DNA of 64,000 nt from a virus (taxonomy: Duplodnaviria; Caudoviricetes): the IMG/VR virus record IMGVR_UViG_3300025909_000005; one strand, given 5' to 3'. How positions within the stretch are numbered: the first letter of the stretch is position 1; each line of letters starts with the position of its first letter. This document shows positions 54,798-63,986 of this stretch, one piece after another. The notes beneath the pieces are model-generated. The model was not told where the DNA came from. It did not search any database and saw only the letters and a program-made list of their open reading frames with translations. Made by a program: the position numbers and the translations under genes.

Positions 54798-54925
54798 GAA
54801 TGAACTCCCCTTCGAGGGAATCGCCGAACGTGGTAGGCGTAGAGCGCATGGCTAAGATCGATGATGCAGTGCGAGGCTAAGTAAAGACAACTCTTTCGGG
54901 TTATCAGACCAAACCCGACCAACAT

Positions 54926-55017
54926 GGAGAAATGGCAGAGAGGCCGATTGCACAACCTTGGAAAGGTTGAGACCGGGTCAAACCGGTCCGTGGGTTCGAA
55001 TCCCACTTTCTCCTCCA
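54926..55017 (+). tRNA. tRNA-Ser(GGA)
   Basis: loop TT-GGA-AA, long variable arm. Confidence 0.88.
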
Positions 55018-55133
55018 TGAAAGAAGACTGGCGTTCCATGCCCGGCCAAAAACCGTAATGCACATGAAAGTGTGGGGCTGTCAGGGAGAAATATGGTGGA
55101 AGTAAATCTCCTTCATCTTCATGAACAAGATTT

Positions 55134-55208
55134 CAGGGTGGGAGGCGTGTGGCAGCCGATGACGTCCGGAGCGTTGTAGTCAGGGTTCGACTCCCTGCAC
55201 CCTGACCA
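55134..55208 (+). tRNA. degenerate tRNA, possibly Pro(CGG)
   Basis: CAGGGTG/CACCCTG-A-CCA and T-arm; irregular D and anticodon arms. Confidence 0.5.
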
Positions 55209-55329
55209 GATTTACCTCGCGAGAGGGCTGCCCCTTGTCTACGGACCTGGGGACCAGCAAAGGAACAGCACATCGTGGTTTGCGGCTGTTCCCTTCACCA
55301 GCACAGGCTGGAGGAAGTCCACGAGATCA

Positions 55330-55405
55330 CGGTGCATGGAGTGAGAGGTTAACCGGCTGTGTAACATACAGTCTGATGTAGGTTCGAGTCCTACTGCACC
55401 GACCA
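55330..55405 (+). tRNA. atypical tRNA, loop GT-AAC-AT (possible AAC anticodon)
   Basis: CGGTGCA/TGCACCG-A-CCA and T-arm. Confidence 0.55.
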
Positions 55406-55410
55406 ATTTC

Positions 55411-55490
55411 GTTTCGATAGCTCAAGGGACAGAGCACGTGGCCCAAGAGGTAGGTACGATGGAAAGCGGTTCGACTCCGCAACGAAACAT
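55411..55490 (+). pseudogene. degenerate tRNA-like sequence
   Basis: TAGCTCAAGGGACAGAGC D-arm and GCGGTTCGACTCCGC T-arm; no clear anticodon arm or CCA. Confidence 0.4.
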
Positions 55491-55659
55491 CCAATTTGAA
55501 GCGTTAGCATGAGAGAATCCTGCATGCCTAATTGTCGTTTGTCCGAGGTCCGACTGGTTGTCGATGAACGATTACAGCGACGTGGATCGGCCGATCCTAG
55601 CTGTTTGTGACTACCTGGTTGTGGGGAGTAACGGTCCCACCGCTTCAATTCAATTTCAT

Positions 55660-55734
55660 GGGGGCAGCAATGGGTTGCGGTTCTCGCTGGCAGCGAGGAT
55701 GTCTAGACGAGTTCGATTCTCGCGGTCTCCACCA
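55660..55734 (+). tRNA. tRNA-Ala(GGC), atypical D-arm
   Basis: G3.U70, loop CT-GGC-AG, CCA. Confidence 0.7.
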
Positions 55735-56083
55735 GATTTGATCCAAGGCATTAGCCGCCCCTAGGCAAGTCCCAACGAAAGTTGAGGTGGAACGCAGTGT
55801 TGAAGCGTTGAGGATCGCCCGAACAAGTCACGGCTTGGAACTCCGCAGTGCGCCATGGAACTCTGCGTCGATAAGAGAAGGCAGTCGTGCACCAATTTGA
55901 GAGCTAGATGCGGATACGGGACACCCACGTCGGAAAACCCTTCCACCGCCATGACAGAACGTAGACGAGCTAGTGGATGCAGCATGAAACCTCGTAGGCG
56001 TGGTTGCCGTAGAGGAAGTTCCCTGCTCTAGGCCAACCTACGCAGGCAATCACTGCTCTCAATGAACATGGTATAATGAACTC

Positions 56084-56299
56084 ATGATCCTCTGCAGCTG
56101 CGCGAACATTCCTGAGAGCGTTGCTCGAGAGAAGCTTAAGACGCAAACGCTGTCTGAGTTCATGATCGAAACGAATTGCGCGATGCAGTGCGGCTCCTGC
56201 TGGCAGGACCTCCTTGACATCGCAGATGAATACGACAACCGATCGACCAGGGTTATCTCCCATTCGACAACCCCTGGTCAACCTCCTTCGTTGTCATGA
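56084..56299 (+). CDS. bfd: Bfd-like (2Fe-2S) ferredoxin
   Basis: MILCSC...CAMQCGSC (CxC...CxxC) pattern; TATAAT upstream. Confidence 0.8.
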   Translation: MILCSCANIPESVAREKLKTQTLSEFMIETNCAMQCGSCWQDLLDIADEYDNRSTRVISHSTTPGQPPSLS

Positions 56300-56303
56300 T
56301 TGC

Positions 56304-56380
56304 GCCCTTGTACGCTAATCGGCAGTGCGGCTCCCCTTAAAATGGAGTGGTTGTGGGCTCGAATCCCACCTTGGGCACCA
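56304..56380 (+). tRNA. tRNA-Leu(UAA) with short variable loop
   Basis: loop CT-TAA-AA; U.U mismatches at 5:68 and 6:67. Confidence 0.65.
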
Positions 56381-56566
56381 ACCCTGTTGGCAAATGTTAG
56401 AGCAACCGCTTGATCTTGGATTATCTACTTTTATTGGTTAAAAACCCGGATACGTTCGACTCGTGTCATCCCTTTATGCCGGTGCACGGAAGGGAATTCT
56501 CCAAATCGCCTTTTGTTGCCCTAACATTTGCCAATGATAAATAGTCCTCCAACAGGAGGACGATGA

Positions 56567-56911
56567 ATGTTGCTGAACGAACTGCTCGAGCTAAACGAAA
56601 TGGCCGAGCTTGAAGAACTCTTCGAGAAGGAATGGTCTGACGCGGTGACGCACCGCAAGCCAGGCACCTTCGCCCCAAAGGGAACGCACTCCAAGTCCGC
56701 TGAAGAGATCTTCAAGATCTACAAGCGACACAGGGTCTCTCCACATGGAGACGGCTCTGCAATTCAGATGCTGCAGTTCTTCATCAACCGTGCCGGAAAA
56801 CGTCTGAAGCCGGAACGGAAACAGGAACTTGAGAAGGCCATTCGAATGCTTCAGGCGGACAACGCCAAGATGAAGGCAGAGAAGAAGGCCAAGGAAAAGA
56901 AGGACGACTGA
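56567..56911 (+). CDS. DUF3175-like protein with MLLNELLE leader
   Basis: KEWS..VT...SAEEI...SAIQMLQFFINRAGK.L..ERK..LEKA; TAAATA at 56538. Confidence 0.75.
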   Translation: MLLNELLELNEMAELEELFEKEWSDAVTHRKPGTFAPKGTHSKSAEEIFKIYKRHRVSPHGDGSAIQMLQFFINRAGKRLKPERKQELEKAIRMLQADNAKMKAEKKAKEKKDD

Positions 56912-56915
56912 TTGT

Positions 56916-56989
56916 AGCGGGCGAGTGTGATGGTAGCACGTTGGGCTCATAACCCAGAGGGCCGGTTCGATTCCGAGGCGCCGCAACCA
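56916..56989 (+). tRNA. initiator-type tRNA-Met(CAU), irregular acceptor stem
   Basis: GGG/CCC anticodon stem with CT-CAT-AA; ACCA end. Confidence 0.7.
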
Positions 56990-57257
56990 AATCCGTAAGG
57001 ATCGTGGAGATTCGCACATCTCCTAGTATAAAGTGGGCGGCTCGCGACCGCAATGACTCGGCTACCTGAGACTTCCTAACGGTGCTCATACGCGGCTAAC
57101 AGAGTCCACGACGGGTCCTAGCCCGTCACGAACAAATGGCATGCAGACGTGTATGCAAAGTCCCACGCCGGAACCAAGGACCTTCACAGGCACCAAAGAC
57201 GGTGGGAAAAGGTGGGCGACGAACAGGGCAGAGCACCCTTCCTGTTTCACGAATTTA

Positions 57258-57336
57258 TGCGGAGGGCCGGCCAGCAGTCGGACGAGGTCTCATAAGCCAC
57301 GGTAAAGATGGGTGCGACTCCTAATCTCCGCTACCA
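57258..57336 (+). tRNA. degenerate tRNA-Met(CAU)-like
   Basis: CTCATAA loop and GCGGAG/CTCCGC acceptor with ACCA; poor T-arm. Confidence 0.4.
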
Positions 57337-57353
57337 TAACTAGAAGGAAGCCC

Positions 57354-57683
57354 ATGAAGAAGATCCTCCTCGCGCTCAGTGCGCTCGTCTCCATTTCCGC
57401 CCTGGCTGCTCCTCAAGCTCCGGCCCCACAAGGAAGCTTTGAAACCCGCCCCGGCTGTATCTGGTCTCATGACGTTGCGCGATGCGCCGTGGACAATCAC
57501 TCACGGGTAAACTTGAGCTGCACCGTGCATGTCTTCGGTCGCACCGAAAGGGGCTTCAAGATCGGCAACACACGCACCGTATCGGTTCCAGCCTTCAAGT
57601 ACAACGACGACGCTCGCCTCTATGCCGCTGAAGGCGACAAGCTCGTCAAGGTCGATGCAGAAGCAACCTGCTCGCCTGAATGA
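57354..57683 (+). CDS. secreted protein
   Basis: signal peptide; four Cys; SD AAGGA. Confidence 0.7.
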   Translation: MKKILLALSALVSISALAAPQAPAPQGSFETRPGCIWSHDVARCAVDNHSRVNLSCTVHVFGRTERGFKIGNTRTVSVPAFKYNDDARLYAAEGDKLVKVDAEATCSPE

Positions 57684-57692
57684 AAACGCGCG

Positions 57693-57765
57693 GTCTCGGT
57701 ATCTTAACTGGTAAAGACGCCTCCCTTATAAGGGGTAGATCTAGGTTCGAATCCTAGTCGAGACA
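57693..57765 (+). tRNA. tRNA-Ile(UAU) candidate (CCA not encoded)
   Basis: GTCTCGG/TCGAGAC, loop CT-TAT-AA. Confidence 0.7.
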
Positions 57766-57776
57766 CACAGAACAAC

Positions 57777-57853
57777 GCGGGTGTGACGCAATTGGTAGAC
57801 GTACTGGATTTAGAATCCAGGTCCTGAGGGTTCGAGTCCCTCCACCCGTACCA
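57777..57853 (+). tRNA. tRNA-Leu(UAG) with short variable loop
   Basis: loop TT-TAG-AA, CCA. Confidence 0.85.
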
Positions 57854-57858
57854 AACAT

Positions 57859-57948
57859 GGATTGTGCGGAGCATGGCGCTCAACTGCCCTCGAAAAGCAG
57901 CGTGTCGGTGATGAGCCGGCAGGGGTTCGATTCCTCCACTCTCCGCCA
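57859..57948 (+). tRNA. tRNA-Ser(CGA)
   Basis: loop CT-CGA-AA, long variable arm, G73-CCA; pyrimidine mismatches at 4:69 and 5:68. Confidence 0.75.
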
Positions 57949-58093
57949 AGATATGGAAGACGCGGCGTCGAAACCGCGTGGTAGTTCGGCCGAACGGTCC
58001 GGTAGCGGGTGGCCACCTGCGAAAGACTTAGAACCTGATTTGGCTCGCGGGGTTCGACTCCTCGCAGGTAAAACCAACTTCCATTTGAACTCT

Positions 58094-58171
58094 GCCCTTG
58101 TACGCTAATTGGAAGACGCGCGCGAGCTCAAACCTCGTGGGTTGTCGGTTCGAATCCGACCTTGGGTACCA
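58094..58171 (+). tRNA. tRNA-Leu(CAA) with short variable loop
   Basis: loop CT-CAA-AC; U.U mismatches at 5:68 and 6:67. Confidence 0.75.
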
Positions 58172-58322
58172 CCATATGGCATCTCAGATTGAGACCCCAC
58201 CCCACACTGATTTGCGATCTGTAGCTTTTACAGATCGCATGTTGTCGTTCCCGGCCCCGCCAGCCGGTGTCCGGATAAATACCCATACGTGCTACGATGT
58301 TGTAGCTCTTCCTCAAGGAATC

Positions 58323-58712
58323 ATGATGACCAAGCTTACCCTCTCCGCTCTTGCGGCAGGCCTCCTCGCCCTCTCGGCAGGTGCCTTCGCAGACGAACCC
58401 GTCCTCAAGGCAACGCCAAACAAGGACGCATACCTCTACTCCAACACATGGGATCGTGCTGACCTTGGCGTCCGTGGCTACGGCTGCGTTCTCCCATGGA
58501 AGTACGCAGGCAAGGTCGCTCTCGGCCACGACACCGTCGTGCGCGTTGAAGTTGGCGACATCACGACCTTCGTCGACTGCCACTACGCACCAGAAGTAGT
58601 GAAGCAAACTGTCGTCGAACAGACGGTCCAAGTCACCGAAGAACCAGCACCGGCTCCAGCTCCTGAACCAGCTCCAGCACCGGTCGAAACCAAGAAGCGA
58701 GTCAAGGAATGA
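58323..58712 (+). CDS. secreted protein with Pro/Ala tail
   Basis: signal peptide, SD AAGGA. Confidence 0.7.
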   Translation: MMTKLTLSALAAGLLALSAGAFADEPVLKATPNKDAYLYSNTWDRADLGVRGYGCVLPWKYAGKVALGHDTVVRVEVGDITTFVDCHYAPEVVKQTVVEQTVQVTEEPAPAPAPEPAPAPVETKKRVKE

Positions 58713-58945
58713 CACTTCAACGTCTCAAGGCCGCGATGAAGGACAAGACGCTCTTGCGTCGAGTTCTTCTTCGATATGACGGACGCTACTCAGTTGGCGT
58801 CGGCTCAGAGGGCGATGAGTACGTTCTGAATCTTCATGTTGAACCCACCACACCGCTGTACGACTTCCCATTCGTCATTGACGTCGAAAACGAGATCGTG
58901 CGCGTTGTGGTGAAGGATGACTTCACAGTCCCTGTACTTTCGTAA
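58709..58945 (+). CDS. hypothetical protein
   Basis: ATGA overlap. Confidence 0.6.
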   Translation: MTLQRLKAAMKDKTLLRRVLLRYDGRYSVGVGSEGDEYVLNLHVEPTTPLYDFPFVIDVENEIVRVVVKDDFTVPVLS

Positions 58946-58995
58946 GGGACTTCTCCTAGACACAGAGCCGCAAACGGCGGTCACAGTAAGGAGAG

Positions 58996-59310
58996 ATGAT
59001 GGACAACAAGAATCCACCGGACGTACCTCAGCAGCCTGAAACTGAGGAAGAAAAGCTGAAGCGTCTCCAGCAAGAAGCTGAGATTCGCAAGGTTGGCCCG
59101 AACGCACCTGACGTTCACACGGGCGATGACACCGTTGGGGTTGGCATGCCAGCTGCACAGCCAGTTTCGCAAGGCAACTCCCTTCCACAGTCAGCCATTC
59201 CTGTGAAGAGCAAGTTCGAAGGAGCCGACTTCTACAACCCACAGGATGCAGAGAACTCTGCCATCCAGAAGGAGCGCGCTAATAGCGGCGCCCAGAAGAC
59301 GGAGGAGTAA
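58996..59310 (+). CDS. hydrophilic low-complexity protein
   Basis: SD AAGGAG. Confidence 0.7.
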   Translation: MMDNKNPPDVPQQPETEEEKLKRLQQEAEIRKVGPNAPDVHTGDDTVGVGMPAAQPVSQGNSLPQSAIPVKSKFEGADFYNPQDAENSAIQKERANSGAQKTEE

Positions 59311-59756
59311 TGGACGCAATTCAACTCCTGATCGATGACCACAACGCGGTCAAAGAGAAGTTTGCGCAGTTCGAACACATCGACAACTTGAACAACGCCG
59401 ACGAGAAGATCACGCTGTCACACGAGATCTGTGCTGCTCTAGCCACTCACATGGCGATCGAGGAAGAGCTCTTCTACCCGGCTGCTCGTGCCCTCTTCGA
59501 CGACAAGGACGATGAACTCGTCGATGACGCCGTGAAGGAACACAAGCACGCTCGCTCGTTGATGAAGGACATTCAGACTCTTGAGGTCGGTGTTCGCCTC
59601 AATCTCGAGATGAAGGCGCTCAAGCTCATGATCGAAGACCACGTCAAGGACGAGGAAGGCACCATGTTCCCTAAGCTTCGTCAGCTTGGCATGGAGACGA
59701 CCCAGCTCGGTGAAAAGATGGCTCAACGAAAGAAGGAACTTTCACCGAACGTGTGA
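59310..59756 (+). CDS. hemerythrin (HHE) domain protein
   Basis: DAI.LL..DH..V...F...H...EEE.FYPA...EH....H...EE..MFP. Confidence 0.85.
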   Translation: MDAIQLLIDDHNAVKEKFAQFEHIDNLNNADEKITLSHEICAALATHMAIEEELFYPAARALFDDKDDELVDDAVKEHKHARSLMKDIQTLEVGVRLNLEMKALKLMIEDHVKDEEGTMFPKLRQLGMETTQLGEKMAQRKKELSPNV

Positions 59757-59769
59757 TATAATCACCACA

Positions 59770-60172
59770 TGCTCAATCACCCGGCCTAACGCTGGCTTCA
59801 CGGCTAGAACAAGTTCGGGGCTGCACAGGACAGGGCTTGTCGCTCTGTGGAAGAAGCGGTCGTGCGTTGGAAACTGCCTTTAAACTCGAAAGGGTCGGAA
59901 GCTCCAGCAACGTTCAATCGTGGTCGATCTCTCGCGGTAACAGTGAGAGCTCTCTATTGCCACTTTAGCTTTGCTTGACCACAACGACTCCGCAGCAAGT
60001 CAAACAGACCTCGTCGACGCTGTCCGCTGAGGGGTCGGGTTGATGCACCTATGATCCGGATTGGAACCCGGGGAGGACGTCGGTCACACGGCGTAGTCAA
60101 ATGTTAGGAACCATCGGCGGTTGTGAATGCCTGATGGAGAAAGTAGAACCCCGGCTATGAGGTGATTGAGCA
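59770..60172 (+). ncRNA. rnpB: RNase P RNA (type A-like, divergent)
   Basis: 12-bp P1 TGCTCAATCACC/GGTGATTGAGCA; P2 CCTAAC/GTTAGG; P4 G(T)TCGGGG/CCCCGGC with bulged U; conserved-region look-alikes AACAAGTTCGGGGCT, GCAGCAAGTCAAACAG, AACCCGGGGAGG, TAGTCAAATG, AGAACCCCGGCTA; TATAAT at 59757. Confidence 0.85.
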
Positions 60173-60314
60173 CCTTTTACAAACACATCTCCATAAAAGA
60201 AGCAGATGAAGCACTTGTCCCTGCTAAATACTAGCAAGGATGAAGTTGAGATTCTTCCCGAATGCCGGTTCCCTCACGGACCCGAGAAGCATTCCAACCT
60301 TTTAAGGAGATGAC

Positions 60315-60875
60315 ATGACTGACATGACCAACAAGGATGCAGCACAGAACTCGGCACCAGATGCCAAGGTTCTTCCTGCTTCCCAGCAGCCAGCAGCAAC
60401 TGGCACGTCGACGAACTCGCTGCCTGTGACCCCACAGACCGCTGACGCCGCACACGTTGCCAACGCAAACCTGCCTCGCGCCGCAGTTCCAACCACAAAC
60501 GCCGTTCCAACGGCCAAGATGACGGACTCGACGAAGGAAGAGCAGTCGAACCTGAAGTCCATCGTTGACAAGACGAAGGACATGTCGGAGTACGACAAGC
60601 AGGAAGCCTACGCCAAGATGGCTGAGGACAAGCTCGGTGAAGACAGCTACCGCAAGGCAGCTCGTCTCGAACGCGAGCGTGAAGCTGCTCTCGCCGAAGG
60701 CGACCCAACCCGTGACCCTGTTGCAAAGCAGAAGGCCATGGACATGACGGTCGTCCAGCCAGGCGCAGTTGCTGACGCACAGAAGATCAAGCAAGTCGGC
60801 AAGGAAGCACTCGCTGATCAAGCGAAGGCACGTGGCACTGACGGCGACGTCAACCCACAGTTCGTTCAGAAGTAA
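60315..60875 (+). CDS. hydrophilic Ala/Thr-rich protein
   Basis: SD AAGGAG; TAAATA at 60225. Confidence 0.7.
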   Translation: MTDMTNKDAAQNSAPDAKVLPASQQPAATGTSTNSLPVTPQTADAAHVANANLPRAAVPTTNAVPTAKMTDSTKEEQSNLKSIVDKTKDMSEYDKQEAYAKMAEDKLGEDSYRKAARLEREREAALAEGDPTRDPVAKQKAMDMTVVQPGAVADAQKIKQVGKEALADQAKARGTDGDVNPQFVQK

Positions 60876-60985
60876 GAAAGATGGGAGGGCTTCGGCTCTC
60901 CCACTTCAGCCCAGGGAGGGCCAGCCACCAAGATGATGGTGGCCAGTGATGTGAAGACGGAGAGTGTTTCCGTCGGGAGACCATC

Positions 60986-61270
60986 ATGGACCTTTGGACC
61001 ACATGGGCAGATCACTACGCCTCTGGTGAAGGCCGGACGCTGATGGCCCAGATCTCGTACTGTCAAGACGAGACAGATGCCAGACAGAAATTCAAACAGA
61101 CTTTCGGGGACTTCTTCGCAGTTGGCTGTGGAGCGGGCCCCGGTGTCGTTACAAACGCAGTGACGAACTACCTGTTCTCCGAGCGTCACCTGCACCTGAT
61201 CAAGTCAGAAGTAGGAAATGCAAAGAGCTTGGACACTCACGTGCAGTTTCATATCAGCTTCGTCCAGTAA
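60986..61270 (+). CDS. hypothetical protein
   Basis: SD GGAG. Confidence 0.6.
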   Translation: MDLWTTWADHYASGEGRTLMAQISYCQDETDARQKFKQTFGDFFAVGCGAGPGVVTNAVTNYLFSERHLHLIKSEVGNAKSLDTHVQFHISFVQ

Positions 61271-61298
61271 ATAGAAGTTCCAGATACAGGAGACTTAC

Positions 61299-61550
61299 AT
61301 GAAGGTAGATGAACTGTTCGAGGCGAAGTGGTCAGCGGACGTCAAGGAGAAGAAGCACCCTCCAGAGGGACTCTTCAAGGATGGCTCAGCTGAAAAGATT
61401 GCAGCGTGGGCATTGAAGTCGCATGGTGGAGACAAGGCAAAGGCCATGGCTTCCCTGAACTTCTACAACAACCGCGCAGGCAAGAACGAAAGCGCAGAAA
61501 TCAAGGCGAAGGTAAACGCCGCAAAGAAGATTGTTTCCGCCAAGGAATAA
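61299..61550 (+). CDS. DUF3175-like protein with MKVDELFE leader
   Basis: KWSADV...PEGLF..GSAEKIA...AMASLNFYNNRAGKN; TAAATA at 61268. Confidence 0.75.
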   Translation: MKVDELFEAKWSADVKEKKHPPEGLFKDGSAEKIAAWALKSHGGDKAKAMASLNFYNNRAGKNESAEIKAKVNAAKKIVSAKE

Positions 61551-61618
61551 CAAACTTTGAGATGATAGACATAGACTCCAATCCTTGGAGCCCATGTTCA
61601 ATTGATGAAGGAATTACC

Positions 61619-62131
61619 ATGAAGAAGACTCTTGTAGCAGTCGCCGTAGCGGCATTGTCGCTCGGCGCGTTTGCGCAAACCGCACAGACGCAAACCATCC
61701 AAGTGCAGCACCACGAGGAACACCACGATCGCGATCGTCATGATGATCGTCGTGGTGACCGTGATGGCGATCATCGCGGTTGGCACCGTGACAACCACGG
61801 CAACTGGGTTCGTGACCTCGCAATCGGCGCCGGCATCGGCCTGTTGATCAACGGCATCGAACACAACAACGAAGCAGCTCAGCAAGATCAATGGCGTGAC
61901 CGCGAAGAGTGGCGCCACCGCTACCATCGTTGGGATCGTGGCTACTACCTCGACGACAACGATCAGCCATACATCGAGCCAACTGTCACCGTGTCCTACG
62001 AGTGGGACCGCTACGGTCGCAAAATCCGTGTAACGCGTACCCAAACTTGTGTAGAATCTACACTGGATGCGTATGACAACGCCGTGTGCACCCGCTGGGA
62101 AATCACGACTGAACGTCGTTACGTTCGCTAA
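61619..62131 (+). CDS. secreted His/Arg/Asp-rich protein
   Basis: signal peptide; HHEEHHDRDRHDDRRGD repeats. Confidence 0.7.
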   Translation: MKKTLVAVAVAALSLGAFAQTAQTQTIQVQHHEEHHDRDRHDDRRGDRDGDHRGWHRDNHGNWVRDLAIGAGIGLLINGIEHNNEAAQQDQWRDREEWRHRYHRWDRGYYLDDNDQPYIEPTVTVSYEWDRYGRKIRVTRTQTCVESTLDAYDNAVCTRWEITTERRYVR

Positions 62132-62175
62132 ATCTACGGAGGGGCTTTCGCCTCTCCTAGAAGTTCTCACTAACC

Positions 62176-62499
62176 ATGGAGATGAATGAGATGATCAAGA
62201 CCCTTATTGTAGCTGCGCTTGCAGCAATGTCCCTCGGCGCAGTCGCTGCCGAAACCGTCGTCACAAAGACGGTGGACACCCACCATGAAATGCGTGATCA
62301 AGGTCGCCATGAAGGCCACCCATACCGCCATGACATGGGCCACCACTACGGCTGGCGCCATCACCGTCACCACCGCCACGTAGTGGTCGTGCGTGACACG
62401 GAAGTGCGTCACATGCACCGTCACCACCGCCATCACATGATGCGCGACGGCAGCGTTGATCGCCATGTCGTTGTAACGAAGGACGTGCACTCGCACTAA
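62176..62499 (+). CDS. secreted His-rich protein
   Basis: signal peptide; HHRHHRH tracts. Confidence 0.7.
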   Translation: MEMNEMIKTLIVAALAAMSLGAVAAETVVTKTVDTHHEMRDQGRHEGHPYRHDMGHHYGWRHHRHHRHVVVVRDTEVRHMHRHHRHHMMRDGSVDRHVVVTKDVHSH

Positions 62500-62580
62500 G
62501 AAAACGCGGTGGTTGAAAGACCACCCGTAAATACTTCGTGAGCGGCAATTCCGCGGCTCAACGTTGATTAGGAGACTCAC

Positions 62581-62757
62581 ATGCTGTACTACGCACTTGT
62601 CTTCTTTGTCATCGCCGTTATCGCTGGTCTGCTTGGCTTTGGTGTCATCGCCACTGCTGCTGCCGGCGTAGCGAAGATCCTCTTCTGGATCTTCCTGGTT
62701 GTCTTCCTCGTCGCGCTCGTCGTGGGCATGATGGGTGGACGTGGGCCAAGGCTGTAA
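62581..62757 (+). CDS. DUF1328 / UPF0391 (YtjA-like) small membrane protein
   Basis: [37 protein letters not shown]; SD AGGAG; TAAATA at 62528. Confidence 0.85.
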   Translation: MLYYALVFFVIAVIAGLLGFGVIATAAAGVAKILFWIFLVVFLVALVVGMMGGRGPRL

Positions 62758-62775
62758 CGACGTCGCAAAGACACC

Positions 62776-62800
62776 AAAGGACCTTCGGGTCCTTTTTCTT
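62776..62800 (+). terminator. intrinsic terminator
   Basis: AAAGGACC-TTCG-GGTCCTTT followed by T-tract. Confidence 0.75.
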
Positions 62801-62933
62801 TGCCCGCCTCAATCAGGCTAACCTCATGTACTTCGAACACAGCAGGTTGTACAATGAACCTCTGAGCGTATAAATAGACCGTCGCGAACGAGCGACAGTG
62901 TTTCATTTTACAGTTTCGTTTGAAAGGTTTTCC

Positions 62934-63986
62934 ATGAAGAACTACGTAGGCATGTCCCGTGACCACTCCTCGTCAATGCAAGGGATCGCCAAGGCCGCAA
63001 TGGCCGACTACAACGGTACCGTCAACGCCATCAAGGCCGGCGCCGTGGCAAACAACCAAGACACCATTCTGTCAACGGTCCGTTTCGCCAACCGAGTTCA
63101 ACGCGAACTCGTCAACTCCAACGTTCAAGTCTTTCAGCCCATCACGAGCTACCCTGCGAACGGCATGACTGCGCTGTGGGACTCCATCTGGGAACTGATG
63201 GACATCATGGAGTCGGTACCTGATGCCGACGACCCGAACGTTTCGTTTCTGATCCTCGCCACCACCGACGGCGAAGAGAACAACTCCGATCACACCATCG
63301 ATCAACTGCTTGCGCGTATGTACGAGAAGACCCGTACGGACCGCTGGACGTTCGTGTTCCGTGTGCCACGTGGTGCTGCACGTCGTCTGATCCAGCTGGG
63401 CATCCCAGAGGGCAACGTCCTCGAGTGGGACACGACCTCGCGCGGCATGGCAGTCGCTCAACAGCAGAGCGAGCAGGCCTTCACGCAGTACTTCAACGAC
63501 CGCTCGACGGGCATGAAGTCGACGACGAAGTTCTACGCGAACCTCGCCGACGTCTCCATCAAGGACATCCAGCAGTACGCTGCCAACGGTGACCTCACCG
63601 ACATCTCTAGCGAGGTCAAGTACTTCCCTGTCTCCAACATCGAGGCCGGCACGGCGATCCGTGACTTCGTCGAGCAGAAGACGGGTGCTCCTCTCCTGAA
63701 GGGCGCCGCGTTCTACCAGCTCGTGAAGACGGAACCGAAGGTGCAGGCCAACAAGCGCATCGCGATCCGCAACAAGACGACCGGCGCGGTCTACGCAGGC
63801 GACGCTGCACGCCAGATGCTGGCTCTCCCGCTGATCGGCACGGTGCGTCTCGCGCCTGACGAGCTCGGCGACTTCGAGGTCTTCATTCAGTCCACCTCCG
63901 TGAACCGCAAGGTCGACGGTGGCACCAAGCTGATGTACTGGGACCAAGTCGGCAAGGCCTTCAAGGAAGGTCCGTCGGCACGCTGA
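62934..63986 (+). CDS. vWA-domain protein
   Basis: DHSSSM (DxSxS), TALWDSI, ILATTDGEENNS. Confidence 0.85.
   Translation: MKNYVGMSRDHSSSMQGIAKAAMADYNGTVNAIKAGAVANNQDTILSTVRFANRVQRELVNSNVQVFQPITSYPANGMTALWDSIWELMDIMESVPDADDPNVSFLILATTDGEENNSDHTIDQLLARMYEKTRTDRWTFVFRVPRGAARRLIQLGIPEGNVLEWDTTSRGMAVAQQQSEQAFTQYFNDRSTGMKSTTKFYANLADVSIKDIQQYAANGDLTDISSEVKYFPVSNIEAGTAIRDFVEQKTGAPLLKGAAFYQLVKTEPKVQANKRIAIRNKTTGAVYAGDAARQMLALPLIGTVRLAPDELGDFEVFIQSTSVNRKVDGGTKLMYWDQVGKAFKEGPSAR

Noticed and set aside
55306-55325. GAGGAAGTCC as an RNase P CR-I motif
   Set aside because: No matching P1, P2 or P4 partner nearby; the sequence runs straight into a tRNA. The supported RNase P RNA is at 59770-60172.
57954-58082. 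tRNA-Ser-like gene
   Set aside because: T-arm and terminal GGAAG/CTTCC pairing only; no assignable anticodon arm or CCA.
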